Virus record (IMG/VR): IMGVR_UViG_2639762784_000001
Span: 21,285 to 85,284 of that record
Strand: one strand, 5' to 3'
Source: a virus
Taxonomy: Duplodnaviria; Caudoviricetes
DNA: 64,000 nt
A model generated the notes under the pieces. That model was not told where the DNA came from. It searched no databases and saw only the letters and a list, made by a program, of their open reading frames with translations. Shown piece by piece: positions 29,366 to 38,832 of the stretch. A program made the translations under genes and the position numbers. Positions within the stretch are counted from its first letter, which is position 1. Every line of letters begins with the position of its first letter.

Positions 29366-29510
29366 CCCGATGATCGGGTTACAAAACTTCCGGGCTACCT
29401 CATCCCCAGTGGCGGGGTGGTGGCGGTGTGCGTGAGGGTGCGGGGTGGGGTCGCGCGTGCAGGCTGGAGGGTGGTGGGGTGGAAGTTTTGTAACCTTGCC
29501 GATCATGGGG
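29366..29510. repeat. Inverted repeat pair enclosing 89 bp
   Basis: GGTTACAAAACTTCC (29377-29391) / GGAAGTTTTGTAACC (29481-29495) perfect; extends via CCCGATGATCG / CGATCATGGGG. Confidence 0.9.
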
Positions 29511-30015
29511 AGCGGGCGCGGGCCCCATGCCGGAGGCCACACGGGCACCGTATGCCGGAACCGGGGAAGGTGTTCCCCCTGCCCGCGGCGGGTCAGTGCC
29601 CTGTGGCAGGGTGATCGCCATGCCCTCCGCAGACCTTCCCGAGCTTCCCGATCCGTTCCCTGAGCACGCGTGGGATGCCGTCCAGCGCACGCTTTGACGG
29701 CCCGGCACTCCCGAAGCTGCGGTGAAGTGACAAGTAACTGAGAGTGACGCTTTGGGGGCTGCTCCCTCTGGTGGGGTTCCCCCCCAATAGCTTGCAGCCG
29801 GAAGACCTGGCAGAAGGGGCGGAACGGTGGCGAAGCGGTGGGACAAGTACGTGCGGGACCCGGAACAGGATGGCGAGGGAGAAGACGGCGGGGAGTAGGT
29901 CTTCGCGCAAGATCTGGACCCGTGGCGACTTCCTGAGCTACGCTGCGCGTGCGCGATCATCATACGCAAAGGCCACAACCCCGATGCGGGGAAGTGGCCT
30001 TCGGCATGTCCGGGG

Positions 30016-30288
30016 TCAGGCGGTGGTCGGCCGGTGCTTCTCCACGGCGTCGCGGATCCAGGGCTGCACCATGTCGTACCGGTCCAGGCGGGTGCCGATC
30101 TCTTCGGTCTCACCGGTTTCCTCGCTGATGCCGATCACGGTGAGCTTGGTGAGCTGCTCGTCTTCGTAGGTCAGCCGGAGGCCGGTGACGTCGTGGTATT
30201 CGTAGTCCGCCTTCAGGGGAGGAGCGTCGGTGACGGCGAGTTCGATGACTCGGGTGGTCTTCTGGCTGATCATGCTGGTGGTCGGCAC
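30016..30288 (-). CDS. Small acidic hypothetical protein
   Basis: GAAGGAAAG RBS then GTG; downstream of WYL gene. Confidence 0.6.
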   Translation of the reverse strand: MPTTSMISQKTTRVIELAVTDAPPLKADYEYHDVTGLRLTYEDEQLTKLTVIGISEETGETEEIGTRLDRYDMVQPWIRDAVEKHRPTTA

Positions 30289-30305
30289 AGTCTTCTTTCC
30301 TTCGG

Positions 30306-30755
30306 TCAGGCGGCAAGGCCGGTCTGGGACTGAGTCAGCTTCACGCGGGGACGGTAGTCGGCGTCGTCGGGGTCGCGGGCCAGCTCGTAGTAGAAGAGGG
30401 CCTGGGCGTCGTCGGCCGGCTGGGGCTCGGGGCGCTCGTAGGTGGTGTTGGCGGGCGGGGTGAGGGTGTAGCCCATCCGGTGGACCGTGTAGGAGAGGAC
30501 GCCCGCGAGGTGGAATTCGCGGCGCTCCCGGCGGAGGCGGCACATGGCGATGATGACGATGCCGCCGCCGCGAACCTGACCGGTCTTGGTGATGCGGACG
30601 CTGGTGGTGCGCAGCTCCATGATCTCGATGGTGCGCACGGTGGGCTCGGTCTCGCCGGGCTTGAGGTAGGTGATCGTGACGGCTTGGCGGCGGTCGAGGC
30701 TGCGGTAGAGGTCGGCGAGGGTCTTGGTCTGGGTCTGGCGGGCGGTGATGCGCAT
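30306..30755 (-). CDS. Stand-alone WYL domain protein
   Basis: AVTITYLKPG..TVRTIE..AMCRLRRERREFHLAGV; GAGGGG RBS. Confidence 0.75.
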   Translation of the reverse strand: MRITARQTQTKTLADLYRSLDRRQAVTITYLKPGETEPTVRTIEIMELRTTSVRITKTGQVRGGGIVIIAMCRLRRERREFHLAGVLSYTVHRMGYTLTPPANTTYERPEPQPADDAQALFYYELARDPDDADYRPRVKLTQSQTGLAA

Positions 30756-30788
30756 TGCGGTGTCCCCTCGCTGTGTGGTGATGACACC

Positions 30789-30824
30789 ACATTACCCATA
30801 CTCCATTGCGCAAGCAAGGGGTTT
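30789..30824 (-). promoter_or_regulatory. Promoter with conserved 15-bp spacer box (copy 1)
   Basis: TTGCTT-17-TAATGT containing CGCAATGGAGTATGG. Confidence 0.75.
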
Positions 30825-30968
30825 GCGCGTACTGTGGTCCCCACCCCCCCCCCGCACGCCACAGCCATGGCGGGCGCAATGAGATATGGAGGACACTAGG
30901 TGGCTAACGCCCCCACGCACCCGCCGAACCGGTCCAGGAACGGCGGGAGCCCGCCGAAAGGACCGCGC

Positions 30969-31505
30969 ATGCCGCGCAGCCGACGCCTCGCCCCCGAGGT
31001 TGTCCGTGCCCGTCTGACCGTCGCCTCGGATCGTCTCCGCCAGTCCGGGGACGAGGATTTGGCTGAGGCGATCGATGCGGTGACTGCCCCTCGCGGGTGG
31101 GAGCTGCTGAAGAAGCCGGTCAAGGAGACCGCCGCCGACCCGAACATGGCGTTGTGGATGAACAAGACCATCAAGGACGCCATCCTGGCCGCCTCCCGGG
31201 TGGCCGGCGACAGCCTTCCGGATGTGGTTGACCAGGGGTTCCGGGCGTTTATTGCCGGGGATTTCGTGCCGGCGAAGCCGTTGCGGTCGGCCCGCGGGTC
31301 GGCGACGCCGAAGGACAACTTGAACGTGCGTCCGTCGAAGACTCTGCGGGACCAGGTGGAAGCCCTGTGCCCGGCGAAGTCGACCGAGTTGGGCTGGCAG
31401 GTGACGCCGGGGCTGGTGGCTGCGGCGTGGCTGTATGAGGAGTACGGCATCACGGATGACGACCAGCGTGGTGTGACGGCTCCGGCCATGCCCGACCAGG
31501 AGTAG
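30969..31505 (+). CDS. Hypothetical, possibly ribbon-helix-helix-type DNA-binding protein
   Basis: AAAGGA RBS; two NMALWM / NLNVRP strand-helix units (family is inference). Confidence 0.55.
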   Translation: MPRSRRLAPEVVRARLTVASDRLRQSGDEDLAEAIDAVTAPRGWELLKKPVKETAADPNMALWMNKTIKDAILAASRVAGDSLPDVVDQGFRAFIAGDFVPAKPLRSARGSATPKDNLNVRPSKTLRDQVEALCPAKSTELGWQVTPGLVAAAWLYEEYGITDDDQRGVTAPAMPDQE

Positions 31506-31590
31506 CCCTATCTGGGGGTGAGGCCGGGTCTGGACGCCGACAACCGGCCGGCCTCGCCCCTATCTCGTACAACCTCTATAGGAGACCTCA

Positions 31591-32556
31591 ATGGCTCAGG
31601 CCATCCAGGCCGCCGCGAACGCGGGCGGTCCGACTTCTCACACCCGTTTTCAGTTCGCTCCGGCCACCAAGGAGCAGTCCAAGGCCCGCGTCGCCCTGGA
31701 CGGGCCCAGCGGTTCGGGCAAGACCTACTCGGCGCTGACGATCGCCACGGCGCTCGGCTCTCGCATCGCTGTCATCGACACGGAGCGCGGTTCGGCCCGC
31801 AAGTACGCCAACGAGTTCGCCTTCGACGTCCTGGAGCTTGCGTACTTCTCCCCGGACGACCTGGTGGAGGCCCTGGCGGCTGCCGGGTCGGCCGGGTACG
31901 ACGTCGTCATCGTCGATTCCCTGTCGCACTTCTGGTCCGGTTCCGGCGGCATGCTGGAGCAGGTCGACCACGCCGCGAAGAAGGGCTTCGGCGGGAACAG
32001 CTTCGGCGGGTGGAAGGAAGCCCGGCCGATGGAGCGTCGCATGGTCGATGCGCTGGTCTCGTACCCGGGGCACGTCATCGTGACGATGCGTGCGAAGACG
32101 GACTACGTACTGGAGACCAATGACCGTGGCCGGCAGGTGCCGCGGAAGGTTGGCATGAAGCCGGAGCAGCGTGAAGGGCTGGAGTACGAGTTCGACATCG
32201 TCGGCTCGATGGACTGGGAGAACACTCTCGTGGTCACCAAGTCCCGGGCACGGACGTTGACGGGTGCGGTGGTGCGGCAGCCGGGTATCGAGTTCGGTCA
32301 GCAGATCAAGGCGTGGCTGGAGGACGGTACGGCGGTGCAGCCGGTGCAGGACCTGATCACGGAGGCGAACCGGGAGAACGCCACGTTCGAGGACCTGGGT
32401 GCACTGATGCGGAAGGTTCGGGCGCGCCGGCTGGAGGGTGCGCCGATGCTGACGCCGGAGGGTTCTGCGACGACGCTGGGTGCCCATATCCAGGAGCGCG
32501 GCAAGCAGATGCGGAAGGCCGCGCAGGGCGGCGACACGGAGAGGGGAGCCGCCTGA
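31591..32556 (+). CDS. AAA-family ATPase (AAA_24 / Sak4-like recombination protein)
   Basis: Walker A GPSGSGKT, IDTE, Walker B VIVDSLSH, EYEFD. Confidence 0.85.
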   Translation: MAQAIQAAANAGGPTSHTRFQFAPATKEQSKARVALDGPSGSGKTYSALTIATALGSRIAVIDTERGSARKYANEFAFDVLELAYFSPDDLVEALAAAGSAGYDVVIVDSLSHFWSGSGGMLEQVDHAAKKGFGGNSFGGWKEARPMERRMVDALVSYPGHVIVTMRAKTDYVLETNDRGRQVPRKVGMKPEQREGLEYEFDIVGSMDWENTLVVTKSRARTLTGAVVRQPGIEFGQQIKAWLEDGTAVQPVQDLITEANRENATFEDLGALMRKVRARRLEGAPMLTPEGSATTLGAHIQERGKQMRKAAQGGDTERGAA

Positions 32557-34262
32557 TGGGGTACCGCAACGACAACGACGCGTTGTCTGTTATGGATTGG
32601 TTCTGCGGGGCAGGAGGGTCCTCCCAGGGCGTTCACTCCGTGCCCGGCGTCCGCGTGGAGCGGGCCGCGAACCATTGGAAGCTCGCCATTGAGTCGCACG
32701 CCGCGAACTTCCCCACCACCAGCCACTACCAGGGCGACATCCGTAAGGCCCCGGTGTGGGACTGGCCGGTGACCGATATCTTCTGGGCCAGCCCAGAATG
32801 TACTAACTGGAGCGTCGCCAAGGGTAAGAAGCGGGACTTCGCCGACGCCATGCAGGGCAGCCTCCTCGATCTCCTCGCCTCGACCGACGAGGACGACGAG
32901 CCGTCTGCCGAGGAGGAGTCCCGGGCGCTGATGGAGGAGGTGCCGCTGTACCTACGCGGTGTGCAGGAGCGGGGCGGCTTGGTGAAGGCCGGCATCGTCG
33001 AGAACGTCACCGACGTCCGCGCCTGGGACCAGTGGGACCGGTGGATCGGGGAGATCCACAAGCTGGGCTACCGCACGCGGATCATCGCCCTGAACTCGAT
33101 GCATGCGAACCCTCGGTCGGTGCACGCGGCGCCGCAGTCCCGGGACCGGCTGTACGTCGGCTACTGGCACGAGAGCCTGGGCCGCACGCCGGACTGGGAC
33201 AAGTGGCTGAGGCCGCGCGCCTGGTGCTCCGGCTGCGACGCGTTCGTGCAGGCGATGCAGGTGTTCAAGGACCCGAAGCGGGACATGGGCCGCTACCGCA
33301 GCCAGTACGTGTACCGGTGTCCGAACACCCGCTGCCGCAACCAGGTCGTTGAGCCGGAGGCCCTGCCCGCCGCCGCGGCGATCGACTGGTCGATTCCCGG
33401 GCAGCGGATCGGTGACCGGGCCAAGCCGCTCGCCGACAAGACCCTCGCGCGCATCGAGGCCGGACTGAAGAAGTTCGCTCGCCCCGTGCCGATGATGGTC
33501 CCGGCCGGCGGCACCTGGCGGGACGCCGCGGTCTCCGTCGGCGAGCCGATGCCCGCGCGTACCACCCGCGAGAACGACGCGCTGATGGTGCCGCCGCTGA
33601 TGGTCCCCGTCGAGGGCCGCGTGGGTAAGAGTGCGGCGTCCGCGCACGGCCCACTGCGGGCGATGACGACCCGCAACGAAACCGGGCTGGCTTGGCTGCC
33701 GTTCATTGCCGAGTTGCGGGGCGGCGGCTCCGTTGCCCGGACCGTGGCGGAGTCCCTCGCCACTGTGACCGCGTCCGGGAACCACCACGGGCTGGTCACG
33801 CCGCCGATGCCCGCCATGGTGATGCGGAACAACGGCTCCAAGGGCGACGGCGGCGAGCACTGCACCTCGCCGGTCGAGCCGTTCCGGACGATGACGACGG
33901 CCGGACACCAGTCGCTGCTCACGTGGGAGCACATGCTCGTCCCGTACTACGGCAATGGTGCCCCGCGGTCGGTGAATGAGCCGATCGGTGCGCTGACAAC
34001 CCGGGACCGGTACGCCCTGGTGCGCGGTGAGGTCGACATCGACGACGTGATGTTCCGGATGCTCGAGCCGCACGAGATCGGCCGCGCGATGAGCTTCGCC
34101 GACGAGTACGTGGTCCTCGGGAACAAGCGGGAGAAGGTCCGCCAGTACGGCAATGCCGTTACCCCGAACGCTGCCGAGGTTCTGGTGTGCGCGCTGGTGG
34201 AGGCCGTCACCGGCGAGGACATCGACCGGTACGCAGAGCCGGAGTTCGCGGCCGCCGCCTGA
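32556..34262 (+). CDS. Orphan C5 DNA cytosine methyltransferase
   Basis: Motif I DWFCGAGG, IV SPEC, VI ENV, VIII PQSRDRLY, X YGNAV. Confidence 0.92.
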   Translation: MGYRNDNDALSVMDWFCGAGGSSQGVHSVPGVRVERAANHWKLAIESHAANFPTTSHYQGDIRKAPVWDWPVTDIFWASPECTNWSVAKGKKRDFADAMQGSLLDLLASTDEDDEPSAEEESRALMEEVPLYLRGVQERGGLVKAGIVENVTDVRAWDQWDRWIGEIHKLGYRTRIIALNSMHANPRSVHAAPQSRDRLYVGYWHESLGRTPDWDKWLRPRAWCSGCDAFVQAMQVFKDPKRDMGRYRSQYVYRCPNTRCRNQVVEPEALPAAAAIDWSIPGQRIGDRAKPLADKTLARIEAGLKKFARPVPMMVPAGGTWRDAAVSVGEPMPARTTRENDALMVPPLMVPVEGRVGKSAASAHGPLRAMTTRNETGLAWLPFIAELRGGGSVARTVAESLATVTASGNHHGLVTPPMPAMVMRNNGSKGDGGEHCTSPVEPFRTMTTAGHQSLLTWEHMLVPYYGNGAPRSVNEPIGALTTRDRYALVRGEVDIDDVMFRMLEPHEIGRAMSFADEYVVLGNKREKVRQYGNAVTPNAAEVLVCALVEAVTGEDIDRYAEPEFAAAA

Positions 34263-34370
34263 TTCATCTGCGCCATCTGCGGCCCGCCTTCGTGCGGGCC
34301 GCTCCTTTCAGCCCACCCCGCGGGGCTACCCACCACACCCATACCGGCCTACGCCGATCGGAGTTCCGTC

Positions 34371-34607
34371 ATGTCTTCATCCGCCTTCTGGTTGCTCGCG
34401 CTCCTGGTCGTCTCTGTGCTCGGTACGCGTCTGGCTCTCCGGGGAGAGCGGCGGCGTCCGTCGTCGTATTCGCGCCGGCCGGATGTGCTGGCCCGGTGGC
34501 GGGCCCAGTCGACCGAGGCGCAGGCCGCGCACGACAACGCGGTCCTGGACGCGGCGGAGGCTGCGGAGAACGTGGTCGCGCGGGTGCATTCGCTGTACCG
34601 GCCCTGA
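34371..34607 (+). CDS. Small membrane-anchored hypothetical protein
   Basis: GGAG RBS; N-terminal hydrophobic segment. Confidence 0.5.
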   Translation: MSSSAFWLLALLVVSVLGTRLALRGERRRPSSYSRRPDVLARWRAQSTEAQAAHDNAVLDAAEAAENVVARVHSLYRP

Positions 34608-34660
34608 CCCGGGCCGGCCTGTCCAACCCGTCTGGCACACCATCAAGGGAGGTGAGCGCA

Positions 34661-34930
34661 GTGCCAGCATCTCGCATACCTGTTGTGGCCGCGTTCGCCG
34701 CCCTGGCCGGGGCGGCGTGCGGGGCCCGGCACTTCTACCAACTGCGGCGTGCTCTGGATGCGGAGCGCGCCGCGCGTCGTCTCACGGACGGTCTGCACCA
34801 GCAGGACCTCGAGGCGTTCACGATGCGGCTGCATCGCAGCGTGCAGGCGCAGCACGCCTTGCGTCAGGCCGACCTGGTTCTGGATTCGGCTCTTGCTACT
34901 CATCACGACCCGGAAGGGGGTTCCTCGTGA
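34661..34930 (+). CDS. Small membrane-anchored hypothetical protein
   Basis: GGAGG RBS; coupled to WhiB-like gene. Confidence 0.5.
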   Translation: MPASRIPVVAAFAALAGAACGARHFYQLRRALDAERAARRLTDGLHQQDLEAFTMRLHRSVQAQHALRQADLVLDSALATHHDPEGGSS

Positions 34931-35754
34931 CCCAGCCTGTTCGTCTGGATTCAGCTACTGCTCTCCGAGCGCTTGCGGACCATCCGCGCTACCGGTATCG
35001 GGGCTGCGCCCCCGACGTCGACAACCCGCGGATGGCGGCAGGTGACATCTCGGTGCCGGTGGATTCGTGGCAGGCCCCGGACCTGGATGGTGGGGAAGGC
35101 CTCGAGGCGCGGCAGGCGCGGGAGGCGGCCGCGGTGGAAGTGTGCGTGGGCTGTCCGGTGATGGTGCAGTGCCTGGCTTACGGGTCGTCGCTGACGCCGA
35201 AGGGGGAGTTGGCGGAGGAGCACGCGATCCTGGGTGGTCTGACCTCGTTGGAGCGGCACCGGGCGTTCGTGGAGTACAAGCGGGTACGGGAGACGGTGGC
35301 CCGGCCGGAGCCGGCTCCGGTGTCCCAGCTCCGCACCCGGCAGAAGCTTGCCGTCCTCAAGGCGCTGGCCCGGTTCGAGGAGCCCGAGGACGTTGCCACG
35401 GCGGCCGGGATGGACCTGCGGACGGCGAAGTGGCAGATCGCCCGCCTGACCACCCAGTTGGGTCTGGACAAGTCCGCGGGCCGTGCCGAGCTGCTGGCGG
35501 CCGCGGTGGAGCGGGGTCTCCTCGAGCCGGCGGACCTGCCCGACGTCCAGCCCGCCCCGGTCCCGGCTGCTGTCCCTGCTGCGGGTTGTGCCCGTGCGGT
35601 CCAGTCCCGTCGCCGCGGTCGCCGGGTGACGGTGGCGCCCGGCCAGCTCGCCTTCTTCGACTTCCCGGACGCTCCTGTCCCTGCCGCTCGGTCTTCCCGG
35701 GCGGCGTCTGTCACCACCCTGTTCCCGAACGCGCCTTTGGAGGCCGCAGCATGA
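34927..35754 (+). CDS. WhiB-like regulator with C-terminal HTH
   Basis: C..EVCVGCPVMVQC..ILGGLT followed by LuxR-like HTH. Confidence 0.78.
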   Translation: MTQPVRLDSATALRALADHPRYRYRGCAPDVDNPRMAAGDISVPVDSWQAPDLDGGEGLEARQAREAAAVEVCVGCPVMVQCLAYGSSLTPKGELAEEHAILGGLTSLERHRAFVEYKRVRETVARPEPAPVSQLRTRQKLAVLKALARFEEPEDVATAAGMDLRTAKWQIARLTTQLGLDKSAGRAELLAAAVERGLLEPADLPDVQPAPVPAAVPAAGCARAVQSRRRGRRVTVAPGQLAFFDFPDAPVPAARSSRAASVTTLFPNAPLEAAA

Positions 35755-36191
35755 CCACTCACCCCACCACCACTCCCGCCTCCTCCGACGACGCGCAGGG
35801 CGGCGTTCTCGAGGACGCGGCGTTCGAGACGATGCGGACGGACGCTGTGCTGACGGGTCGGGCGATGTCGTCGGGCGAGTTCCTGGCGGGGCTGATCGCG
35901 AACGGTGAGCTGGCGACGGTGGGCCGGCCGGAGAAGCTGGCCGTCGACCTGTGGCCGGATGTGGATCCGGTGGTGGTGCAGCAGATCTGGGATCGGGCGT
36001 TGGCGGTGGGTCTGCATGCGGGTCGCCGGTCGGTGAGGCCGCGGTTGTACCGGGATGAGATGGATCGGGTGGCGGGCCAGTTGTCGGAGGCCGGGTTTCA
36101 CGCGATGGCGGGGACGACCGCGCGGTCGCGGCGTCTGGTGGCGCCGGAGGTGCCGCATCCGGCGGACGGGGAGGGTGCGGGCGGGCACTGA
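35751..36191 (+). CDS. Hypothetical protein
   Basis: ATGA overlap; GGAGG RBS. Confidence 0.6.
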   Translation: MTTHPTTTPASSDDAQGGVLEDAAFETMRTDAVLTGRAMSSGEFLAGLIANGELATVGRPEKLAVDLWPDVDPVVVQQIWDRALAVGLHAGRRSVRPRLYRDEMDRVAGQLSEAGFHAMAGTTARSRRLVAPEVPHPADGEGAGGH

Positions 36192-36543
36192 CTGCCTGTC
36201 GGGGTGTGACCAGTAGTACCAACGACACGAGGGGAAGGAAGGTGGGACAGGTGGTGGGGTCAAACGGTAGGCTGGTGCCTGCGCCAGACGTCCAGTCAGT
36301 TGCGAGGCCGGACGGAAAGCGTGCAGGAATGTCAGAAGCCCCCGCTGCCACGTTGGTGGCGGTCCCGGTTTGCGAAGCCGGAACGCGAGGGCTGTCGACA
36401 CTCACCGCGCTAACGAATGAAGGTGCCGACGTGGCAAAGAGTACCCGGACATCCGGACGATCAGACAGTGCAACCTCAGCCACCGCCGTGAAGATCACAC
36501 CGGCGATGCATGCGGGTCCTGTCACCACTACCCCCTCAGTCGC

Positions 36544-37101
36544 ATGACCGCCCGGGGCGAGATGTCCGACGAGGACATCCGTCTGGCTCAGATCCGCGCC
36601 GTCCGCGAACTCATCGCCGGACGCGCCGACGACGCCACTGTCTGCGTCGCCGAACTCCATCAGGCACTGGATAACCCGATCGGCGAGTTCATGGTCGACA
36701 TGGCGGCGCCCGGCCCGAGGGACCTCCTCGCCTGGCTGGACCGCGCCATCAGCAAGGCGGAAGCAGACGCCGACCGTTGGCACGACGTTGAGTGCGAGTC
36801 GCACGGGACCGGCTTGATTGACGCAATCGTCCTGCGAGACGCAACGCTCTGCGACTGTGCTGGCCCGGCCGCTGTACGGCGCCGCTGCGCCGCCGACCGG
36901 AAGCTGCTGGAACTCCACAAGGCCGTTCCCGACCATGGCCGGTACAGCGAAGCCCAGTGCCCGGCCGACTGCGACGGCGAGCACAGTGCACCCCCGGTGT
37001 GCGCTTCCTGCCGAACCTACGCAGGTGATCCCGTGGCGTTCCCCTGCCCCACGGTCCGTGTGGTGGCGGAGGGCTACGGCTGGACGGAGGGCGAGCGATG
37101 A
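36544..37101 (+). CDS. DUF6221-like protein
   Basis: DLLAWLDRAI..AVRRRCAADRKLLELH..CPTVRVVAEGY. Confidence 0.65.
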   Translation: MTARGEMSDEDIRLAQIRAVRELIAGRADDATVCVAELHQALDNPIGEFMVDMAAPGPRDLLAWLDRAISKAEADADRWHDVECESHGTGLIDAIVLRDATLCDCAGPAAVRRRCAADRKLLELHKAVPDHGRYSEAQCPADCDGEHSAPPVCASCRTYAGDPVAFPCPTVRVVAEGYGWTEGER

Positions 37102-37328
37102 GCGTTCATCGTCTGTGCCCGCGCTGCAACAAGGTCGTCCGGGTGCGTGTCCGTGACGGCGCCTATGGCGTTCACCGCAAGGGCGCGTACTACAACTGCA
37201 CGGCCTCCGGCCTCACCCCTGAAGAGGTCCGCCAGGGCATGACCGCCCTGGGCAAGCGGACCGCCGAATACCTCGCCACCAAGGCGCAGGAGCAGACCCC
37301 ACCCACTGAGGGGGATCAGATGACGTAG
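37098..37328 (+). CDS. Small Zn-ribbon hypothetical protein
   Basis: CPRC..H..C; ATGA overlap. Confidence 0.5.
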   Translation: MSVHRLCPRCNKVVRVRVRDGAYGVHRKGAYYNCTASGLTPEEVRQGMTALGKRTAEYLATKAQEQTPPTEGDQMT

Positions 37329-37545
37329 CCGCTATGGGGCGGGAGATTCCTCGACCGCCCCGGCCGCTTCCCCCGGTCTGGTGCGCCAACACCATCCGGG
37401 CCCTGCGGCCCTCGTGCCACTGATCGGACGCCAATCCGATCTAAGGCCCGCCGGGCGCCAACCCGAGCGAGCAACTTCCAGGTTCTAGCCGAACCACTTT
37501 CACCACCAGGCGGGCTTTTACGTCCCGCAGGACGGCAGGTACATA

Positions 37546-38820
37546 GTGCCTCAGCGCACCCCCTCTTGTCAGCTCGACCACCCCGCGACGGGCGATTCAC
37601 GGCTTATCTGCCCCCCTTCAGGCGGCACCCAGTGCCCCGAACGGCGTCTCGCCGTGCCCCTCGCACGCGGCACCGCCCAGGAGATCGCCCACACCGCATC
37701 CCGCCGCAGCGGACCCCGAAAGTGGCTCCGCGCTGTCCAGTGGCTCATCGGCGCCGGCCTCCACCCCAAGGCGAACGCCACCACCCTCCGCGTCGCCGAG
37801 GACCTCGCCGCCCGCATGGACTACGACACCGGGCACGCCCGCTACTGCCTCGACGAGACCGCCGCACGACTCGGCGTCTCCCGGGCCACCGTCAAGCGGC
37901 ACGTCGGCTACCTCCGAGAGCTCGGCGCCCTCGCCTGGGTTCAGCACGGCACCCGCACCAACGTCCGCCGACTGATGGGGCTCAAGGGCTACGCCGCCAC
38001 CGCCACCGTGTACGCCGCGGTCATCCCCTCAGTGTTCGACCACGCCATGGGCCACCGCATCATCGGCACCGGCTACACGGCGCGCGTCATCATTGACCAG
38101 CGCGGCCAGGCTCAGAAGCCTGTGGATACTGCTGGTAACTCGCCTGTGGATAACTCCGCTCTCGGGGGCCTTGAGCCCCCTTCCCTCACCTTGGTTAAGG
38201 AAGAGAGTCAAGTTCAGGTAGTGGGTGGTAGTAACTACACCTCGCAGGCTCGGCCGCCCAAGAGCCGGATCCCCCACCAGAACAGCAGCATCAACGGTCG
38301 CCGCCGCACCGCCGCCGACGTTCAGAAGGCAAACCAGACCGTTCGCCTGGTGCGCGCCCTCGTCAACTGGACCCAGACCGTGCCCCTGCGGCGCCTGGAG
38401 TACGTCCTCCGCCCGTGGACCGACCGCGGCTGGGACGCCCTCCGTATCGCCGACGAACTCCACGGCCTGTGCTCCGGCATGCGTTGGAAGCCCAAGCGCC
38501 CGGACGCGTTCATCCGCGCCCAGATCGCTAAGGACACCGCGCACGAGGAGATGTTGGCGCAGGCCGTCGCGTGGGAGGACTCCACCGCCTACCGGCAGAT
38601 GACCGCCCTGCGTGCCCTCCTCGCCCCCGCCGCCACGGAACCCGAGCCGGAGCCGGAGCGCACCGACGAAGACCGCCTCCGCGCCCGCATGGACTGGAAC
38701 AACTGGCCCGAGGTCCTCGACCACTACGAGGAAGACGACCTCGACGCCATCGACCTGTACGGCAAGCGCCTCGTCGACTTCGCCATCGAGCAGGGCGCCC
38801 GCACCCGCGCCTACCTCTGA
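37546..38820 (+). CDS. Putative plasmid replication initiator (wHTH Rep)
   Basis: N-terminal HTH (TAARLGVSRATVKRHVGYLRELG), internal DnaA boxes, adjacent DciA-like gene and parAB. Confidence 0.68.
   Translation: MPQRTPSCQLDHPATGDSRLICPPSGGTQCPERRLAVPLARGTAQEIAHTASRRSGPRKWLRAVQWLIGAGLHPKANATTLRVAEDLAARMDYDTGHARYCLDETAARLGVSRATVKRHVGYLRELGALAWVQHGTRTNVRRLMGLKGYAATATVYAAVIPSVFDHAMGHRIIGTGYTARVIIDQRGQAQKPVDTAGNSPVDNSALGGLEPPSLTLVKEESQVQVVGGSNYTSQARPPKSRIPHQNSSINGRRRTAADVQKANQTVRLVRALVNWTQTVPLRRLEYVLRPWTDRGWDALRIADELHGLCSGMRWKPKRPDAFIRAQIAKDTAHEEMLAQAVAWEDSTAYRQMTALRALLAPAATEPEPEPERTDEDRLRARMDWNNWPEVLDHYEEDDLDAIDLYGKRLVDFAIEQGARTRAYL
38121..38153 (-). promoter_or_regulatory. Two DnaA boxes inside the rep gene (candidate origin)
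   Basis: TGTGGATAC 38121-38129 and TGTGGATAA 38145-38153 (= TTATCCACA), followed by an AT-richer tract. Confidence 0.65.
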
Positions 38821-38832
38821 TCGGAGACCGCC

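Noticed and set aside
29366-29510. IS/MITE or protelomerase (telRL) site
   Set aside because: No transposase or target duplication seen; not a continuous palindrome, and the adjacent protein lacks the catalytic Tyr
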